Positions 9,567 to 20,221 are shown, numbered from the stretch's first letter. The stretch: DNA of 64,000 nt from Thermoplasmata archaeon (GCA_021791335.1 JAJYWS010000061.1:22924-86923); one strand, 5' to 3'. A program made the numbers and translations. The notes: generated by a model not told the origin, from the letters alone.

Positions 9567-10195
9567 GCCCGGTCCCGGGCGATGGTGGTCACGCCGGCCC
9601 GGACCCGGTCGCCGACCCGGACCGCCGGGGTGTAGGCGTCCGCCGGCAGGCAGACGTCGACCCGCGACCCGAGGGCGATCATCCCGAGCCGGGCGCCCTT
9701 CTCGTACCGCTCCCCGGGCCGGACGAACGAGACCAGCCGCCGGGCGACCGCGCCGGTCATCTGGGTGACTTCCACCGACCCGTGCTCCCCGAGAAGTCGG
9801 TACGCCCGGCGGACGTTGTGCCGGGCCTCCTCACGGTAGGCCGGCCGGAACCCCGAGCCCGCGTCGCCGACCGCCTCGACCCGGGCCGCCAGGGGGAACC
9901 GGTTCACATGCACGTCGGTCACGTTCATGAAGACCGAGATCCGCCAGAGCTCCCCTTCGCGATCGACCGCCCGGATCCGCCCGTCGGCGGCCGAGACGAC
10001 CCCCTCGCCGGGCACCCGCTCGGGGTCGCGGAAGAAGATCGCGAGGCCGATCGCGACCAGGGCAAAGCCCGCCGAAAGCCCCCACAGGCCGTCGCGGACC
10101 GCGCCGAACGGGTACGCTCCGGCGCCGACCAGGGCCAACAGGAAGGCCAAGGCGGCGGTAAAGGCGATCGGCCGGCCCGCTCCCGGCGCGAACAC
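9563..10195 (-). CDS. psd: Archaetidylserine/phosphatidylserine decarboxylase-related proenzyme
   Basis: Psd-related ~210 aa with N-terminal TM and a GS(R) self-cleavage-region motif; overlaps the pssA start (ATGA). Confidence 0.7.
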   Translation of the reverse strand: MFAPGAGRPIAFTAALAFLLALVGAGAYPFGAVRDGLWGLSAGFALVAIGLAIFFRDPERVPGEGVVSAADGRIRAVDREGELWRISVFMNVTDVHVNRFPLAARVEAVGDAGSGFRPAYREEARHNVRRAYRLLGEHGSVEVTQMTGAVARRLVSFVRPGERYEKGARLGMIALGSRVDVCLPADAYTPAVRVGDRVRAGVTTIARDRA

Positions 10196-10201
10196 GGCCC
10201 G

Positions 10202-10513
10202 CTAGCTCGTCAGGACAATCTCGATATTGACGCCGTCGGGGACCTGGATCCGCATCACCTGACGGAGGGCCCGCTCGTCGGCCCCGATGTCGATGAGCCG
10301 CTTGTGGATCCGCATCTCCCAGTGGTCGATCGTGCTGGAGCCGCCGCCGTCCGGGCCCTTGCGGACCGCGACCTTGAGCCGCTTCGTCGGAAGGGGGATC
10401 GGCCCGCTGATGAAGACGCCGGTCTTCTGCGAGATCTCCCGGATCTGCTTGCAGATCGAGTCGACCTTGCCGGAGTCGGTGCCGGTGAGCGAGATGCGGG
10501 CCTTCTGAACCAT
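10202..10513 (-). CDS. rps10: 30S ribosomal protein uS10 (S10)
   Basis: [24 protein letters not shown]...KRLIDI matches uS10. Start is the internal ATG at 10513 of track ORF 10202..10702. Confidence 0.9.
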   Translation of the reverse strand: MVQKARISLTGTDSGKVDSICKQIREISQKTGVFISGPIPLPTKRLKVAVRKGPDGGGSSTIDHWEMRIHKRLIDIGADERALRQVMRIQVPDGVNIEIVLTS

Positions 10514-10556
10514 CGATGGCCTCTCCCCTAAATCGAGCTCCGGTCGGTCTCCGGTC

Positions 10557-11834
10557 CTATTCGCGCTTCTTGACGTCGACGACGACGCCGGCCGCGACCG
10601 TCTGGCCCATGTCCCGGATCGCAAACCGTCCGAGCTGGGGGAACTCTTTGTACTTCTCAAGCACCAACGGCCGGCGCGGGGTGATCTTGACGACCGCCGC
10701 ATCGCCGGTCTTGAGCGTCTGGGGGTTCTCCTCCGCGACCTGGCCGGTCTTGGGGTCCAGCCGCTTCAGCAGCTCGGTGAACTCGCAGGCCACCTGGGCG
10801 GTATGGCAGTGGAAGACGGGGGTGTACCCGGCCGTGATGACGCTCGGGTGGTTGAGCACCTGGATGTTGGCGGTGAAGCTCTCGACCACGGTCGGCGGGT
10901 TGGAGACCGGGCCCGCGACATCGCCGCGCCGGATGTCGTTCTTGTCGATCCCGCGCACGTTGAACCCGACGTTGTCGCCGGGGCCGGCCTCGGTGACCTG
11001 CTCGTGATGCATCTCGATCGACTTGACTTCGCCCGACTTCCCGCTGGGCAGGAAGATGATCTTGTCGCCGATCTTCATCATCCCCGTCTCGACCCGCCCG
11101 ACCGGGACGGTCCCGATACCGGTGATGGTGTAGACATCCTGCACGGGCAGCCGCAGCGGCTTCGTGGTGGGCTTCTCGGGGACCTTGAGGTTGTCGAGCG
11201 CCTGGAGGAGGGTGGGGCCCTTGTACCAGGGCGTGTTGGGGCTCGCCTTGTTGATGTTGTCGTCCTTGAACGCCGAGATCGGGACGAAGACCACCTGCTC
11301 GGCGACCTTGAATCCGACGTTCTTGAGCAGCTTGGTCAGCTCCTCGACGACCTCCTTGAACTTCGCCTCGGAGTACTTGACCTCCTGGCGGTCCATCTTG
11401 TTGATCGCGCAGATGAGCTGGGTGACCCCGAGCGTCCGGGAGAGGAAGATGTGCTCCCGGGTCTGCTCCTGGACCCCATCGGCCGCCGAACAGACCAGGA
11501 CGGCCGCATCGGCCTGGCTGGTCCCCGTGATCATGTTCTTGACGAAGTCGCGGTGGCCGGGCGCGTCGATGATGGTGAAGTAGTACTTCTGGGTGTCAAA
11601 GCGCCGGTGGGCGATGTCGATCGTGACGCCGCGCTCGCGCTCCTCCTTGAGGTCATCCATGACCCAGGCGAACTCGAACGTCGCCTTGCCCTTCGCCTCG
11701 GCTTCCGCCCGGAACTTGTCGATCTCTTCCTGGCGGATGTATCCGGTGTCCAAAAGAAGGCGACCGACGGTCGTCGACTTGCCGTGATCCACGTGGCCGA
11801 TGAAGACGATGTTAAGGTGGGGCTTCTGTGCCAT
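10557..11834 (-). CDS. tuf: Translation elongation factor aEF-1 alpha
   Basis: [29 protein letters not shown] and NKMD GTPase motifs; ~425 aa. Confidence 0.95.
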   Translation of the reverse strand: MAQKPHLNIVFIGHVDHGKSTTVGRLLLDTGYIRQEEIDKFRAEAEAKGKATFEFAWVMDDLKEERERGVTIDIAHRRFDTQKYYFTIIDAPGHRDFVKNMITGTSQADAAVLVCSAADGVQEQTREHIFLSRTLGVTQLICAINKMDRQEVKYSEAKFKEVVEELTKLLKNVGFKVAEQVVFVPISAFKDDNINKASPNTPWYKGPTLLQALDNLKVPEKPTTKPLRLPVQDVYTITGIGTVPVGRVETGMMKIGDKIIFLPSGKSGEVKSIEMHHEQVTEAGPGDNVGFNVRGIDKNDIRRGDVAGPVSNPPTVVESFTANIQVLNHPSVITAGYTPVFHCHTAQVACEFTELLKRLDPKTGQVAEENPQTLKTGDAAVVKITPRRPLVLEKYKEFPQLGRFAIRDMGQTVAAGVVVDVKKRE

Positions 11835-11856
11835 GCTGCCGGCTCCGGGCGCGCCC

Positions 11857-11870
11857 AAAAGGTCCCCCTA
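11857..11870 (-). promoter_or_regulatory. Putative TATA box (TAAATA on minus strand) for the tuf-rps10 operon
   Basis: The only AT-rich hexamer in the GC-rich spacer, ~25-30 nt upstream of the tuf ATG at 11834. Confidence 0.4.
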
Positions 11871-12028
11871 TTTAGGCGTTGTCCAACCGGACCGCACCGG
11901 GGACGGGCGCCGCTCGGAGGCGGAAGCGGTCGGATGGGCCCCGGCGACCGGGGCCCCGGCCGTTAGCTGATAAACCCTCTCCCTATGGGGGCCCCCTCCG
12001 ACGGGCCGCCCCCGCCGGGATCGGATCG

Positions 12029-12529
12029 ATGACCGCAACTCCCCCTGTCAACCTGCCCCCCCGAAGCGTCGCCTCCAGCCGGGCCACGATGGACCGGCTC
12101 ATCGTGCCGTCGGACGTCAATTTCCACGGGAACGCGTTCGGGGGCAAGATCCTCGCCGATGTCGACCAGGTCGCCTACATCACCGCCTCGCGGCACGCCA
12201 AGACCACGTGCGTCACGGCGTCGTTCGATCGGGCCGACTTCGTCGCCCCGGTCCACGTCGGGGACCTGGTGCGGTTCGAGGCCCGGATCAGCTGCGTCGG
12301 GCGGAGCTCGATGGAGGTCTGGGTCCAGGTCGATGCCGAGCCCGCGGAAGGCGGGGCGGCCCGCCGGGTCCTCGAGGCGTACGTCACGATGGTCGCCTTG
12401 GATACCGACAACCGGCCGGTCGCGGTCCCGCCGCTGGCCTTGGAGACCGAGGAGGAGCGGCGTCGGTACGCCGAGGGGCTGGAACGGATGGCCGCGCGGC
12501 GCCGAACGGCGAAGGAGGGCCGGCGATGA
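12029..12529 (+). CDS. Acyl-CoA thioesterase (hotdog fold)
   Basis: PSDVNFHGNAFGGKILADVDQVAYI...MEVWVQVD matches YciA/Acot-type hotdog thioesterases. Start is the internal ATG at 12029. Confidence 0.7.
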   Translation: MTATPPVNLPPRSVASSRATMDRLIVPSDVNFHGNAFGGKILADVDQVAYITASRHAKTTCVTASFDRADFVAPVHVGDLVRFEARISCVGRSSMEVWVQVDAEPAEGGAARRVLEAYVTMVALDTDNRPVAVPPLALETEEERRRYAEGLERMAARRRTAKEGRR

Positions 12530-12975
12530 TCTGCGAGATGTGCGGGGCCGATATGGACCGGGGGATCCGGATCCGGCTCGAGCGCTCGGTCCTTTCGGTC
12601 TGCCCGAAGTGCGCGAAGTTCGGCCAGCCGGTGGACCCCCCTCCTCCGGCGCCCCTGCGTCCGGGCGTCGCATCGGCCCCGCTGGGTCGGGGCCGCCCGA
12701 GCCTGTCGGGCCGCCGGCTCGCCGAACGGGATGTCTTCAACGAGATGCCGGAGCTCGAGCTCGCGGGGGACTGGGCCCGTCGGATCCGTGCCGCCCGGGA
12801 GGCGCTGGGCTGGACCCCCGAGGATCTCGGTCGGAAGCTCAACGAGAAGAAGTCGGTCGTCCTGAAGCTCGAATCGGGCGGGTTCCGGCCGCCGGACGCC
12901 CTCGTCGGCAAGCTCGAGCGGCTGCTCAAGGTCAGGCTGCGCGACGTCAGCGTCGAGCCGGCCGACGGGCCCTAA
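12526..12975 (+). CDS. mbf1: Archaeal multiprotein-bridging factor 1 (Zn-ribbon + HTH_XRE)
   Basis: N-terminal MICEMCGA...CPKCAKFG zinc ribbon and a C-terminal HTH (ARRIRAAREALGWTPEDLGRKLNEKKSVVLKLESG). The ATG overlaps the thioesterase stop (ATGA). Confidence 0.75.
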   Translation: MICEMCGADMDRGIRIRLERSVLSVCPKCAKFGQPVDPPPPAPLRPGVASAPLGRGRPSLSGRRLAERDVFNEMPELELAGDWARRIRAAREALGWTPEDLGRKLNEKKSVVLKLESGGFRPPDALVGKLERLLKVRLRDVSVEPADGP

Positions 12976-13960
12976 GCTTCGGCGCCCAGGCGCGGGCCGG
13001 CGAACTGCGGGGCAGGCGGTCGGGGGCGAGCAGCAGTTCGAGGATCGCCTTTTCGGCGTGCAACCGGTTCTCCGCTTCGTCCCAGGCGGCCGACCGGCTC
13101 CCGTCGAGCACGTCGTCGGTGATCTCCTGGCCCCGGTGGGCGGGCAGGTCGTGGAGGACGAACGCCGACGGCTTGGCCCGGGCGAGCAGCTCGGCATTGA
13201 TCTGGAAGCCGCGGAACGCCTTCTCCCGCTTGGCGGTCTCCGCCTCGTCGCCCATCGACACCCACACGTCGGTGTAGAGGGCGTCCGCGTCGGTGGCGGC
13301 GATCGCCGGGTCGTCCGTGAAGGTCAGCTCGGCGCCGTGGAGCCGGCCGTACTCCCGGGCAACGGCGACGATTTCGGGCAGGGGCCGATAGCTCTCCGGG
13401 GTCGCGCAGACGAGATCGAGGCCGACCAGGGCGGCCCCGAGCATGAGCGAGTGCAGGACATTGTTGCCGTCCCCGATCCAGGCGAGTCGACGACCCTTGA
13501 ACGATCCCTTCCAGCGTTCGGAGAGGGTCAGGAGATCGGCGATGATCTGGGTCGGGTGCTCCCGGTCGTCGAGGGCGTTGATCACCGGGACGGTCGAACT
13601 TCCGGCGAGTTCCAGGACGCTGTCGTGACGGAAGGCCCGGTAGACGATCGCGTCGACGTACCGGGAGAGCACCCGCGCCGTGTCCCCGATCGTCTCCCCG
13701 CGGCCGAGCTGCATCTCCTTGGGAGAGTAGTAGATCGCATCGCCCCCGAGGTCGTGGATGCCGACCTCGAAGGAGGTCCGGGTCCGGGTCGACGGCTTTT
13801 CGAAGATGAGGGCGATGTTCCGGCCGCTCAGGCTCGGGCGCAGCCGGGCCCGGCGACGCTGCGCCTTGAGCCGGGCGGCGTGGTCGATGAGCCGTCCCAG
13901 ATCCGAAGCCACATCCTGGATCGAGAGAAAGTGCCGGGCCGTGACCGTCCGCGGAGCCAC
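12947..13960 (-). CDS. argF: Ornithine carbamoyltransferase
   Basis: STRTRTSFE, HPTQ, DVWVSMG and HDLP (HCLP-like) motifs. Confidence 0.85.
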   Translation of the reverse strand: MAPRTVTARHFLSIQDVASDLGRLIDHAARLKAQRRRARLRPSLSGRNIALIFEKPSTRTRTSFEVGIHDLGGDAIYYSPKEMQLGRGETIGDTARVLSRYVDAIVYRAFRHDSVLELAGSSTVPVINALDDREHPTQIIADLLTLSERWKGSFKGRRLAWIGDGNNVLHSLMLGAALVGLDLVCATPESYRPLPEIVAVAREYGRLHGAELTFTDDPAIAATDADALYTDVWVSMGDEAETAKREKAFRGFQINAELLARAKPSAFVLHDLPAHRGQEITDDVLDGSRSAAWDEAENRLHAEKAILELLLAPDRLPRSSPARAWAPKLRARRPARR

Positions 13961-14219
13961 GACCGACGAACGATGGGTCGCTTATAGAGTTGCGGGCGTC
14001 GCCGGCCGGGGGAGGCGGCGACTCGGGCGGACTCCGCGCCCGGGGTTTCGGACGATGGCGGAACCGCCGGCCGGTTCGGACAAACCCTATGAAGCCGCCG
14101 CGCTTGGGGCGGCAGGTTCGATCATGCCGGCACGTTCCCGGACCCGGACGCCGCGCCGCCCTATCCGCCGAAAGACCGCCCGCCCGGCCGCCTCGGGGAA
14201 CCGGGGGCGGAAGGTGTAC

Positions 14220-15557
14220 ATGGTCACCGGCGGCCTCACGAAGTTCGCGAAGGCCCACCCGGCGATGGACTTCCGGCTCATGGTCCGACGGGCCTACGAC
14301 TACGCCCTCAAGGGGATCCCGAACCTGACCAAGGACCGGATCGACGGCACCCGGATCTCGTACTTCTCCGACCACTTCACCCGGCAGCTCAAGGCGGCGA
14401 GCATGGTCCAGGACTACCTGGGCATGAACCCCAAGGGGTCGGTCCGGATCGAATGGGGCGGCGCCACGGGCGGCGAGTGCTTCCAGGCCGGTTACGAGGC
14501 GGTCGCGAGCGGGCGCATGGACGTCTGCCTTGCGGCGGGGTTCGAGACGATGAGCCGGGTCGCGACGTGGAAGGGCAACGAGTTCATCGCCCTCGCCTCC
14601 GACACCAACTACGACTTTCCGCTCGGCGGCTTCTACACGGGCTACTACGCCCTCATGGTGATCCGGCACATCTACGAGTACATCCGTCGGACCAAGTTCG
14701 CCGGCATCACGGACGAGCGCGAGGCGCAGCGCCGCGCGATCGCCGAGGGCCAGCGGATCATGAGCAAGGTTTCGGTCAAGAACCATCTCAACGCGCTGCA
14801 CAACCCCTACGCCCAGTACCCGAAGCGGCTCACCGTCGAGGACGTCCTCCGGTCGGAGATGATCAGCTATCCGCTCACCCGCGAGCAGATCTGCACCATG
14901 AGCGACGGCGCGGCCGTCGCGATCTTCTGCGACGAGACCCGGGCCCGGGAATTCACCGACAAGCCGATCCGCGTCATCGGCGTCGGGACGGGAACCGACA
15001 CGATGCGGCTCGCCGACCGGCCGTTCGGCCGGGTCCCCTTGATGCCCCGGGAGAAGCCGTCCGATTACGCCGACCTCAAGTATCCGGGCGTCCACTCCTT
15101 CCGCGCGGGCCGGGCCGCCGGGATCGAAGCGTACCGGATGGCGGGGATCACCAACCCGAACCGGGAGCTCGATTTCATCGAGCTGCACGACGCCTACGCC
15201 TCGAGCGAGATCCAGACCTACGAAGACCTCGGGCTGTGCAAGTACGGCGAGGGGTACGACTTTGTGGAGCGGGGCGATCCGTTCCTCAAGAACGTCGACT
15301 ACGGGTTTCCGGTGCCGAACGCGGGGGCGATCCCGGTCAACCCGTCCGGGGGTCTCATCGCCTGCGGGCACCCGGTCGGGGCGACCGGGCTCATGCAGGG
15401 GGTCTTCGCCTTCTGGCAGCTCCAGGGGACGATCCGCAAGCACTTCGGGGACCGAGCGCTCCAGATCCCCAACGCCCGCCGGGGCGCGATCCACAGCCAC
15501 GCGGGAACCGGGTCGGCGGTGACGGTCTCGATCCTCGAACGGGGGTTCCGGCCGTGA
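14220..15557 (+). CDS. Thiolase (acetyl-CoA C-acetyltransferase, archaeal SCP-x-like type that partners with DUF35)
   Basis: Thiolase-fold protein with a Cys-His-Cys catalytic arrangement (GFETMS...CGHPVGATG). Start set at ATG 14220 (MVTGGLTKFAKAH); an upstream in-frame ATG exists. Confidence 0.8.
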   Translation: MVTGGLTKFAKAHPAMDFRLMVRRAYDYALKGIPNLTKDRIDGTRISYFSDHFTRQLKAASMVQDYLGMNPKGSVRIEWGGATGGECFQAGYEAVASGRMDVCLAAGFETMSRVATWKGNEFIALASDTNYDFPLGGFYTGYYALMVIRHIYEYIRRTKFAGITDEREAQRRAIAEGQRIMSKVSVKNHLNALHNPYAQYPKRLTVEDVLRSEMISYPLTREQICTMSDGAAVAIFCDETRAREFTDKPIRVIGVGTGTDTMRLADRPFGRVPLMPREKPSDYADLKYPGVHSFRAGRAAGIEAYRMAGITNPNRELDFIELHDAYASSEIQTYEDLGLCKYGEGYDFVERGDPFLKNVDYGFPVPNAGAIPVNPSGGLIACGHPVGATGLMQGVFAFWQLQGTIRKHFGDRALQIPNARRGAIHSHAGTGSAVTVSILERGFRP

Positions 15558-16090
15558 CCGCCCGTCCCCCCGTCTACGAGAAGTTCCGGGAGGTCCAGGA
15601 GGAGCTCGACCGCAGCGGGGCCGCGATCTTCCGCGACCACGACGGCGTCGAGAGCCTGGTGATCCGGAGCCCGTACTCGATCAACTACATCCACAGCTAC
15701 GCCGAGGATTCGGAGTTCTTCCTGGCGCTCGCCGACGGCAAGCTGCGCGGTTCGAAGTGCACCGCCAAGAAGTGCGGGTACGTCTATGCGACCCCCCGGG
15801 GCCACTGCATGGAATGCGGCGCGCCGACCCAGTGGGTGGACCTGCCGCTCAAGGGCCGGCTCCACTCCTGGACGACCTGCCACTTCGGCAGCGAGGCGTT
15901 CCTCAAGGAGACCCCGTACAACCTCGCGCTGGTCGAGTTCGACGGGGTGGGCAGCGTCCTGCTCGCCCGGCTCAAGGACTGCACCGAGTCGGAACTCTAC
16001 GTCGGCATGCCGGTCGAGGCCCGCTTCAGCCCGACCCCGAAGTACTCCATCACCGACGTCTGGTTCGTCCCGGCGCGGTCCGAGGCGTAA
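15554..16090 (+). CDS. DUF35 OB-fold/zinc-ribbon protein (thiolase/HMG-CoA synthase scaffold subunit)
   Basis: CTAKKCGYVYATPRGHCMECG zinc ribbon followed by an OB fold. GTG start overlaps the thiolase stop (GTGA). Confidence 0.8.
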   Translation: MTARPPVYEKFREVQEELDRSGAAIFRDHDGVESLVIRSPYSINYIHSYAEDSEFFLALADGKLRGSKCTAKKCGYVYATPRGHCMECGAPTQWVDLPLKGRLHSWTTCHFGSEAFLKETPYNLALVEFDGVGSVLLARLKDCTESELYVGMPVEARFSPTPKYSITDVWFVPARSEA

Positions 16091-16094
16091 CCGC

Positions 16095-16739
16095 GTGGGG
16101 GTCACCCCCCGGCGACCGGGATGGATCCGCCGGGTCTTCGGGGTCCCGACGAGCCGGTGGGCCGGCTGGTTCCTCGCCCGGTTCAACGGGCCGATGAACC
16201 GCCGCCTCGTCGCCCGGCTCCAGCTGGGGGGCGGCGAACGGGTCCTCGAGATCGGCCCGGGACCGGGGGTCGCCCTGGAGGCGATCGCCCGCCGGCTGCC
16301 GAACGGCCGCGTCACCGGACTGGATCCCTCGCCGGTGATGCGGTCGATGGCCGAGGCCCGGCTCCGCCGGAAATTCCCGCCCGAACGCTACCGGCTCGAA
16401 GCGGGGGAGGTGGGCGCGCTGCCCTTCCCGGACGCCTCATTCGATGCGATCTACTCGGCCAACAGCGTCCAGCTCTGGGCCCCGCTCGACGCGGCCCTTA
16501 GGGAGATCACCCGGGTCGCCGCCCCGGGCGCCCGGCTTGTGCTCGGCGCCCAGGAGGTGGCGATCCGGGGGGCCGGCCGCACCGTCCGCGAACTGTTCGA
16601 TCCTCTGGTCGGCGGGTTGTCCGGCCCGGCGTGGACGGTGGAGTCGGTGGGCCGCGGGGGGGTCGGTCGGTTCCACTACCGGTATGTGGAGGCCCGCCGC
16701 GCCGAGCGGGGGTCCGAGAGTGCCGCGGGCCGGGCTTGA
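16095..16739 (+). CDS. Class I SAM-dependent methyltransferase (Methyltransf_11-like)
   Basis: VLEIGPGPGVALEAIA SAM motif, DASFDAIYS and ARLVL. Start tentatively the GTG at 16095, just after the DUF35 stop. Confidence 0.6.
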   Translation: MGVTPRRPGWIRRVFGVPTSRWAGWFLARFNGPMNRRLVARLQLGGGERVLEIGPGPGVALEAIARRLPNGRVTGLDPSPVMRSMAEARLRRKFPPERYRLEAGEVGALPFPDASFDAIYSANSVQLWAPLDAALREITRVAAPGARLVLGAQEVAIRGAGRTVRELFDPLVGGLSGPAWTVESVGRGGVGRFHYRYVEARRAERGSESAAGRA

Positions 16740-16962
16740 ACCGGCGGCTTCAAGATCTTCAGTCTTGCACTCTCCCAAACTGAGTTACCGCGGCACAGGA
16801 TCGTCCTCCCCGACCGACGGAAGTATAAAGACGCTTTAGCCGGAGGGGCTCCCTGAACCGCCCCATGATCCGCCCACGAACGCCGGCGCGCGCGTTCGGT
16901 AGGCCCCCGGCCGCTCCGGCCTCCCCTGACGTTATCTACGGGTCCACGCCTCGGAAGGGGTC

Positions 16963-19464
16963 GTGCCGGGAACCCTGATCGTCACGGAGAAGTTCAACAC
17001 CGCCCTTAGGATCGCGGTCGTCCTCTCGGAGGGCCGGATGAAGCGGACCCGCATGGGCGGGACCCCGGTCTTCGAATTCGAGTGGCACGGCACCCCCGTC
17101 GCGGTGGTCGGACTGCGCGGCCACATCGTCGAGCTCGACTACCCCAAGGAGCTCGCCGAGTGGAGCTTCGAGACCCTGCCGACCCTCATCGAGACCCCCC
17201 CGTTCAAGCGGATCACCGAGGGGGGGATCGTCGACACCCTCCAGGGGATGGTCCGGCGCTACGACCGGGTCATCCTGGCGACCGACTTTGACCGGGAAGG
17301 GGAACTCATCGGGCTCGAGTGCCTCGAGCTGATCCAGAAGGTCCATCCGACGATCGAGGTCCAGCGGGCCCGCTACAGCGCGCTCACCCGGGAGGAGATC
17401 GAGCGGAGCTTCGCGAACCTCCAGACGCTCGACCGGGCGCTCGCCGAAGCCGCCGAGTCCCGCCAGGAGATCGATCTCGTCTGGGGGGCGGTCCTCACCC
17501 GATTCCTCTCGCTCACCGCGGGCCAGCGGGGCCGCGGCTTCCTCTCGGTCGGCCGGGTCCAGACCCCGACGCTCGCGTTGCTCGTCGAGCGGGACCGGGC
17601 GATCAAGCAGTTCGTCCCGACCCCCTACTGGCAGATCACCGCCGAGGCGACGCACGACGGCACGGCCTTCACGCTCCAGCACGAGCACGGCATCTGGGAG
17701 GACCGGGGCGAGGCCCAGACGGTCTATGCCCGGGTCGAGGGGGCGCCGCGGGCCACCGTCCGGGAGTTCCGGGAGGAGGAGACCCGCCGGCGCCCGCCGG
17801 TCCCGTTCTCGACGACCCTCTTCGTCGCCGAGGCGACCCGGCTGGGCCTCGGGGCCGCGGTGGTGATGCGGATCGCCGAGGACCTCTACACGCAGGGGCT
17901 CATCAGCTACCCTCGAACCGACAACACGGTCTATCCGCGGGGGCTCGGGCTCCGGTCGATGGTCGAGAAGTTTAGGGACGGGCCGTTTGGCGAGGCGGCC
18001 GAGCTGGTCCTGAAGCAGGAGTCGTTGCGGCCGACCCGGGGTCGGACCGAGACGACCGACCACCCCCCGATCTACCCGACCCAGGCCGTCGACCCGAAGA
18101 AGCTCAAGCCGGACCACGCGCGGCTCTATGAGCTCGTGGTCCGCCGGTTCCTGGCGACCCTCGGCCCCGACGCGATCGGCCAGAGCCGGACCGCGAAGCT
18201 GGACGTCCAGGGGGAGCCGTTTCTCGGGAAGGGCCAGCGCCTGATCGACCCCGGCTGGTATGCCCTCTACCCGTACTCCCGGGCCGAGGAGAGCCCGATG
18301 CCGGTGCTGACGGTCGGGAGCTCGGTCCAACTCGCCCACGTCGATCTGGTCGAGGAGCAGACCAAGCCCCCCCGACGCTACACCCAGGGGACGCTCATCC
18401 AGGAGATGGAGCGGCTCGGGCTCGGGACCAAGAGCACCCGGCACGACGTGCTCCAGAAGTTGTTCGACCGGCACTATGTGAGCGCCCGGGCCCTCGAGCC
18501 GACCGCGACCGGGATCGCGGTGACCGAGGCGCTGCAGGCCCACGCGCCGCTGGTGACCCGCCCCGAGATGACCCACCGGCTCGAGGACGACATGGAGCTG
18601 GTCGCCGAGTCGAAGAAGCCCAAGTCGGAGGTGCTGCGCGAATCGCGCGAGATGCTCGGGGAGGCCTATCAGCTGCTCGCCCAGAACCGGGACCGGGTCC
18701 GGGAGACGCTCACGGGGGCGCTCGACCAGCAGCATTTTGCCGGCCCGTGCGCGCTCTGCGGCGGGGCGCTCCGGATCGCCCGGAGCCCCCGGGGCGGCCG
18801 GTGGGTCCAGTGCGTCAACAACCCCGCGACCTGCACCGCGACCTACCCGCTTCCGCTCGCGGGCTTCATCGAACCGGCGCCCGAGTTCCTCTGCCGTCAG
18901 TGCCGGGTCCCGCGGGTCAAGATCACCTTCCGCGGGGTCCGGCCGGACCTCTACTGCATCAACCCCGAGTGCCCCGAGCACCAGAAGGCGTTCCGGCTCG
19001 GCCGCTGCCCGCAGTGCGGGCGGCCGCTCGAGATCCGCTACTCGTTCCAAGGGAAGCGGTTCGGCGGATGCTCGGGGTATCCGGAGTGCCGGACCACCTA
19101 CCCGCTGCCGCAGCGGGGCAAGCTCGAGATCGCGCCGGAGCCGTGCCCCGAATGCCGGGCGCCGGTCGTGACCGCCATCGAAGCCGGCCGGCCTCCGTGG
19201 ACGCTGTGCATCAACCCCGCCTGCCCGAGCCGGATCCGCGAGGGCGAGGCGAAGGCGGAGCGGGCCAAGGCCCGGGCCACCGCCCAGCGCCAGAAGGCCC
19301 GGACACGGTCGTCGAAGGGTTCCGCGACCGCCCGGCCGGCCCGGCGGAAGGCTCCCGCGAAGCCCGCCGGCGCGCCCGGGGTACCGGCGGCCCCGCGCCG
19401 TCGCCGCCGGGCCGAAACCGCCCCCGTGAGGGCCGCTGTTTCAGGATCTCCGCCCGTCGGTTAA
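16963..19464 (+). CDS. topA: DNA topoisomerase I (type IA) with C-terminal zinc ribbons and basic tail
   Basis: TOPRIM ATDFDREGE motif, active-site Tyr region, multiple C4 zinc ribbons (CALCGG..C..C) and a K/R/A-rich tail. GTG start. Confidence 0.9.
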   Translation: MPGTLIVTEKFNTALRIAVVLSEGRMKRTRMGGTPVFEFEWHGTPVAVVGLRGHIVELDYPKELAEWSFETLPTLIETPPFKRITEGGIVDTLQGMVRRYDRVILATDFDREGELIGLECLELIQKVHPTIEVQRARYSALTREEIERSFANLQTLDRALAEAAESRQEIDLVWGAVLTRFLSLTAGQRGRGFLSVGRVQTPTLALLVERDRAIKQFVPTPYWQITAEATHDGTAFTLQHEHGIWEDRGEAQTVYARVEGAPRATVREFREEETRRRPPVPFSTTLFVAEATRLGLGAAVVMRIAEDLYTQGLISYPRTDNTVYPRGLGLRSMVEKFRDGPFGEAAELVLKQESLRPTRGRTETTDHPPIYPTQAVDPKKLKPDHARLYELVVRRFLATLGPDAIGQSRTAKLDVQGEPFLGKGQRLIDPGWYALYPYSRAEESPMPVLTVGSSVQLAHVDLVEEQTKPPRRYTQGTLIQEMERLGLGTKSTRHDVLQKLFDRHYVSARALEPTATGIAVTEALQAHAPLVTRPEMTHRLEDDMELVAESKKPKSEVLRESREMLGEAYQLLAQNRDRVRETLTGALDQQHFAGPCALCGGALRIARSPRGGRWVQCVNNPATCTATYPLPLAGFIEPAPEFLCRQCRVPRVKITFRGVRPDLYCINPECPEHQKAFRLGRCPQCGRPLEIRYSFQGKRFGGCSGYPECRTTYPLPQRGKLEIAPEPCPECRAPVVTAIEAGRPPWTLCINPACPSRIREGEAKAERAKARATAQRQKARTRSSKGSATARPARRKAPAKPAGAPGVPAAPRRRRRAETAPVRAAVSGSPPVG

Positions 19465-19489
19465 ATACCCCGCCCCTGTTCTGCGACCG

Positions 19490-20212
19490 ATGGTGACCGA
19501 CCACCGCCTGGCGTCGATCGATTCCCGCACCTTCGCCGCCGGCCGCGATGCCAATCCGCTGGTGATTGTGCCGGTCGGCGCCCTGGAGGCCCACGGACCG
19601 CACCTGCCGCTCGGCGCCGATATCCTCCAAGCCGAGGCGACGGCCCAGGAGCTCGCGGCGAGGCTCGAGGCGTGGGTCGCCCCGACCCTCGCCTACGGCT
19701 CCTGCCCGGGAGCTCGGGAGTTTCCGGGCACCGTCTCGCTGAGCCTCGCGACGCTCGAGGCGCAGGCCCGGGGCGTCCTGTCGGAGTTCGCCCGGCAGGG
19801 GATCCGGCGGATCGTCGTGCTCTCGGGCCATGCCGAGCGGGGGCACATGGCCGCGCTGAGGGAAGCGGCGGCCGAGACGATGCGCAGCCACCCGGCGGCG
19901 CGCATCGCCGTGCTGTCCGACTACGACTTCGTCTACGAGCTCCGCGGGCTCGACGCCCCGCCGACCGACGGTCACGGGGGCCTGCTCGAGACCTCCCGGG
20001 TGATGGCGATCGCCCCCGCGACCGTGGGACCCGAGCGGCCGGTGGTCGCCTACCGGGCCAGCCGGTTTGTCCCCGGAGCCCCGACCCCCGAGGAGTGGCC
20101 GGAGAGCGTCATCGGCGATACCCGCGGGGCGTCCGCCGAACTCGGGGCCAAGATCCAGGCGCACGTCCTGGATCGCCTGGTGACCGAGATCCGCTCGATC
20201 CTGCCGGCCTAG
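19490..20212 (+). CDS. Creatininase-family amidohydrolase (ArfB-like)
   Basis: [18 protein letters not shown] metal-binding motif of the creatininase family. Confidence 0.75.
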   Translation: MVTDHRLASIDSRTFAAGRDANPLVIVPVGALEAHGPHLPLGADILQAEATAQELAARLEAWVAPTLAYGSCPGAREFPGTVSLSLATLEAQARGVLSEFARQGIRRIVVLSGHAERGHMAALREAAAETMRSHPAARIAVLSDYDFVYELRGLDAPPTDGHGGLLETSRVMAIAPATVGPERPVVAYRASRFVPGAPTPEEWPESVIGDTRGASAELGAKIQAHVLDRLVTEIRSILPA

Positions 20213-20221
20213 GGGGCGTCC

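Noticed and set aside
13758-14219. N-terminal extension of thiolase ORF (start at 13758)
   Set aside because: Would overlap the argF coding region on the opposite strand with Arg-rich junk; a conserved thiolase N-terminus begins near 14220.
12972-15500. 842-aa minus-strand ORF antisense to thiolase/argF region
   Set aside because: Same artefact: Arg/Gly/Pro-rich with no motifs, and the opposite strand encodes well-supported thiolase.
16740-16962. Possible ncRNA or promoter in the spacer before topA (TATAAA at ~16833)
   Set aside because: Only a single AT-rich hexamer ~125 nt upstream of the topA GTG. It is insufficient to call a feature; it may simply be the topA promoter with a long leader.
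16936-19050. 704-aa minus-strand ORF antisense to topA
   Set aside because: Low-complexity antisense frame, while topA on the plus strand has clear TOPRIM and zinc-ribbon motifs.
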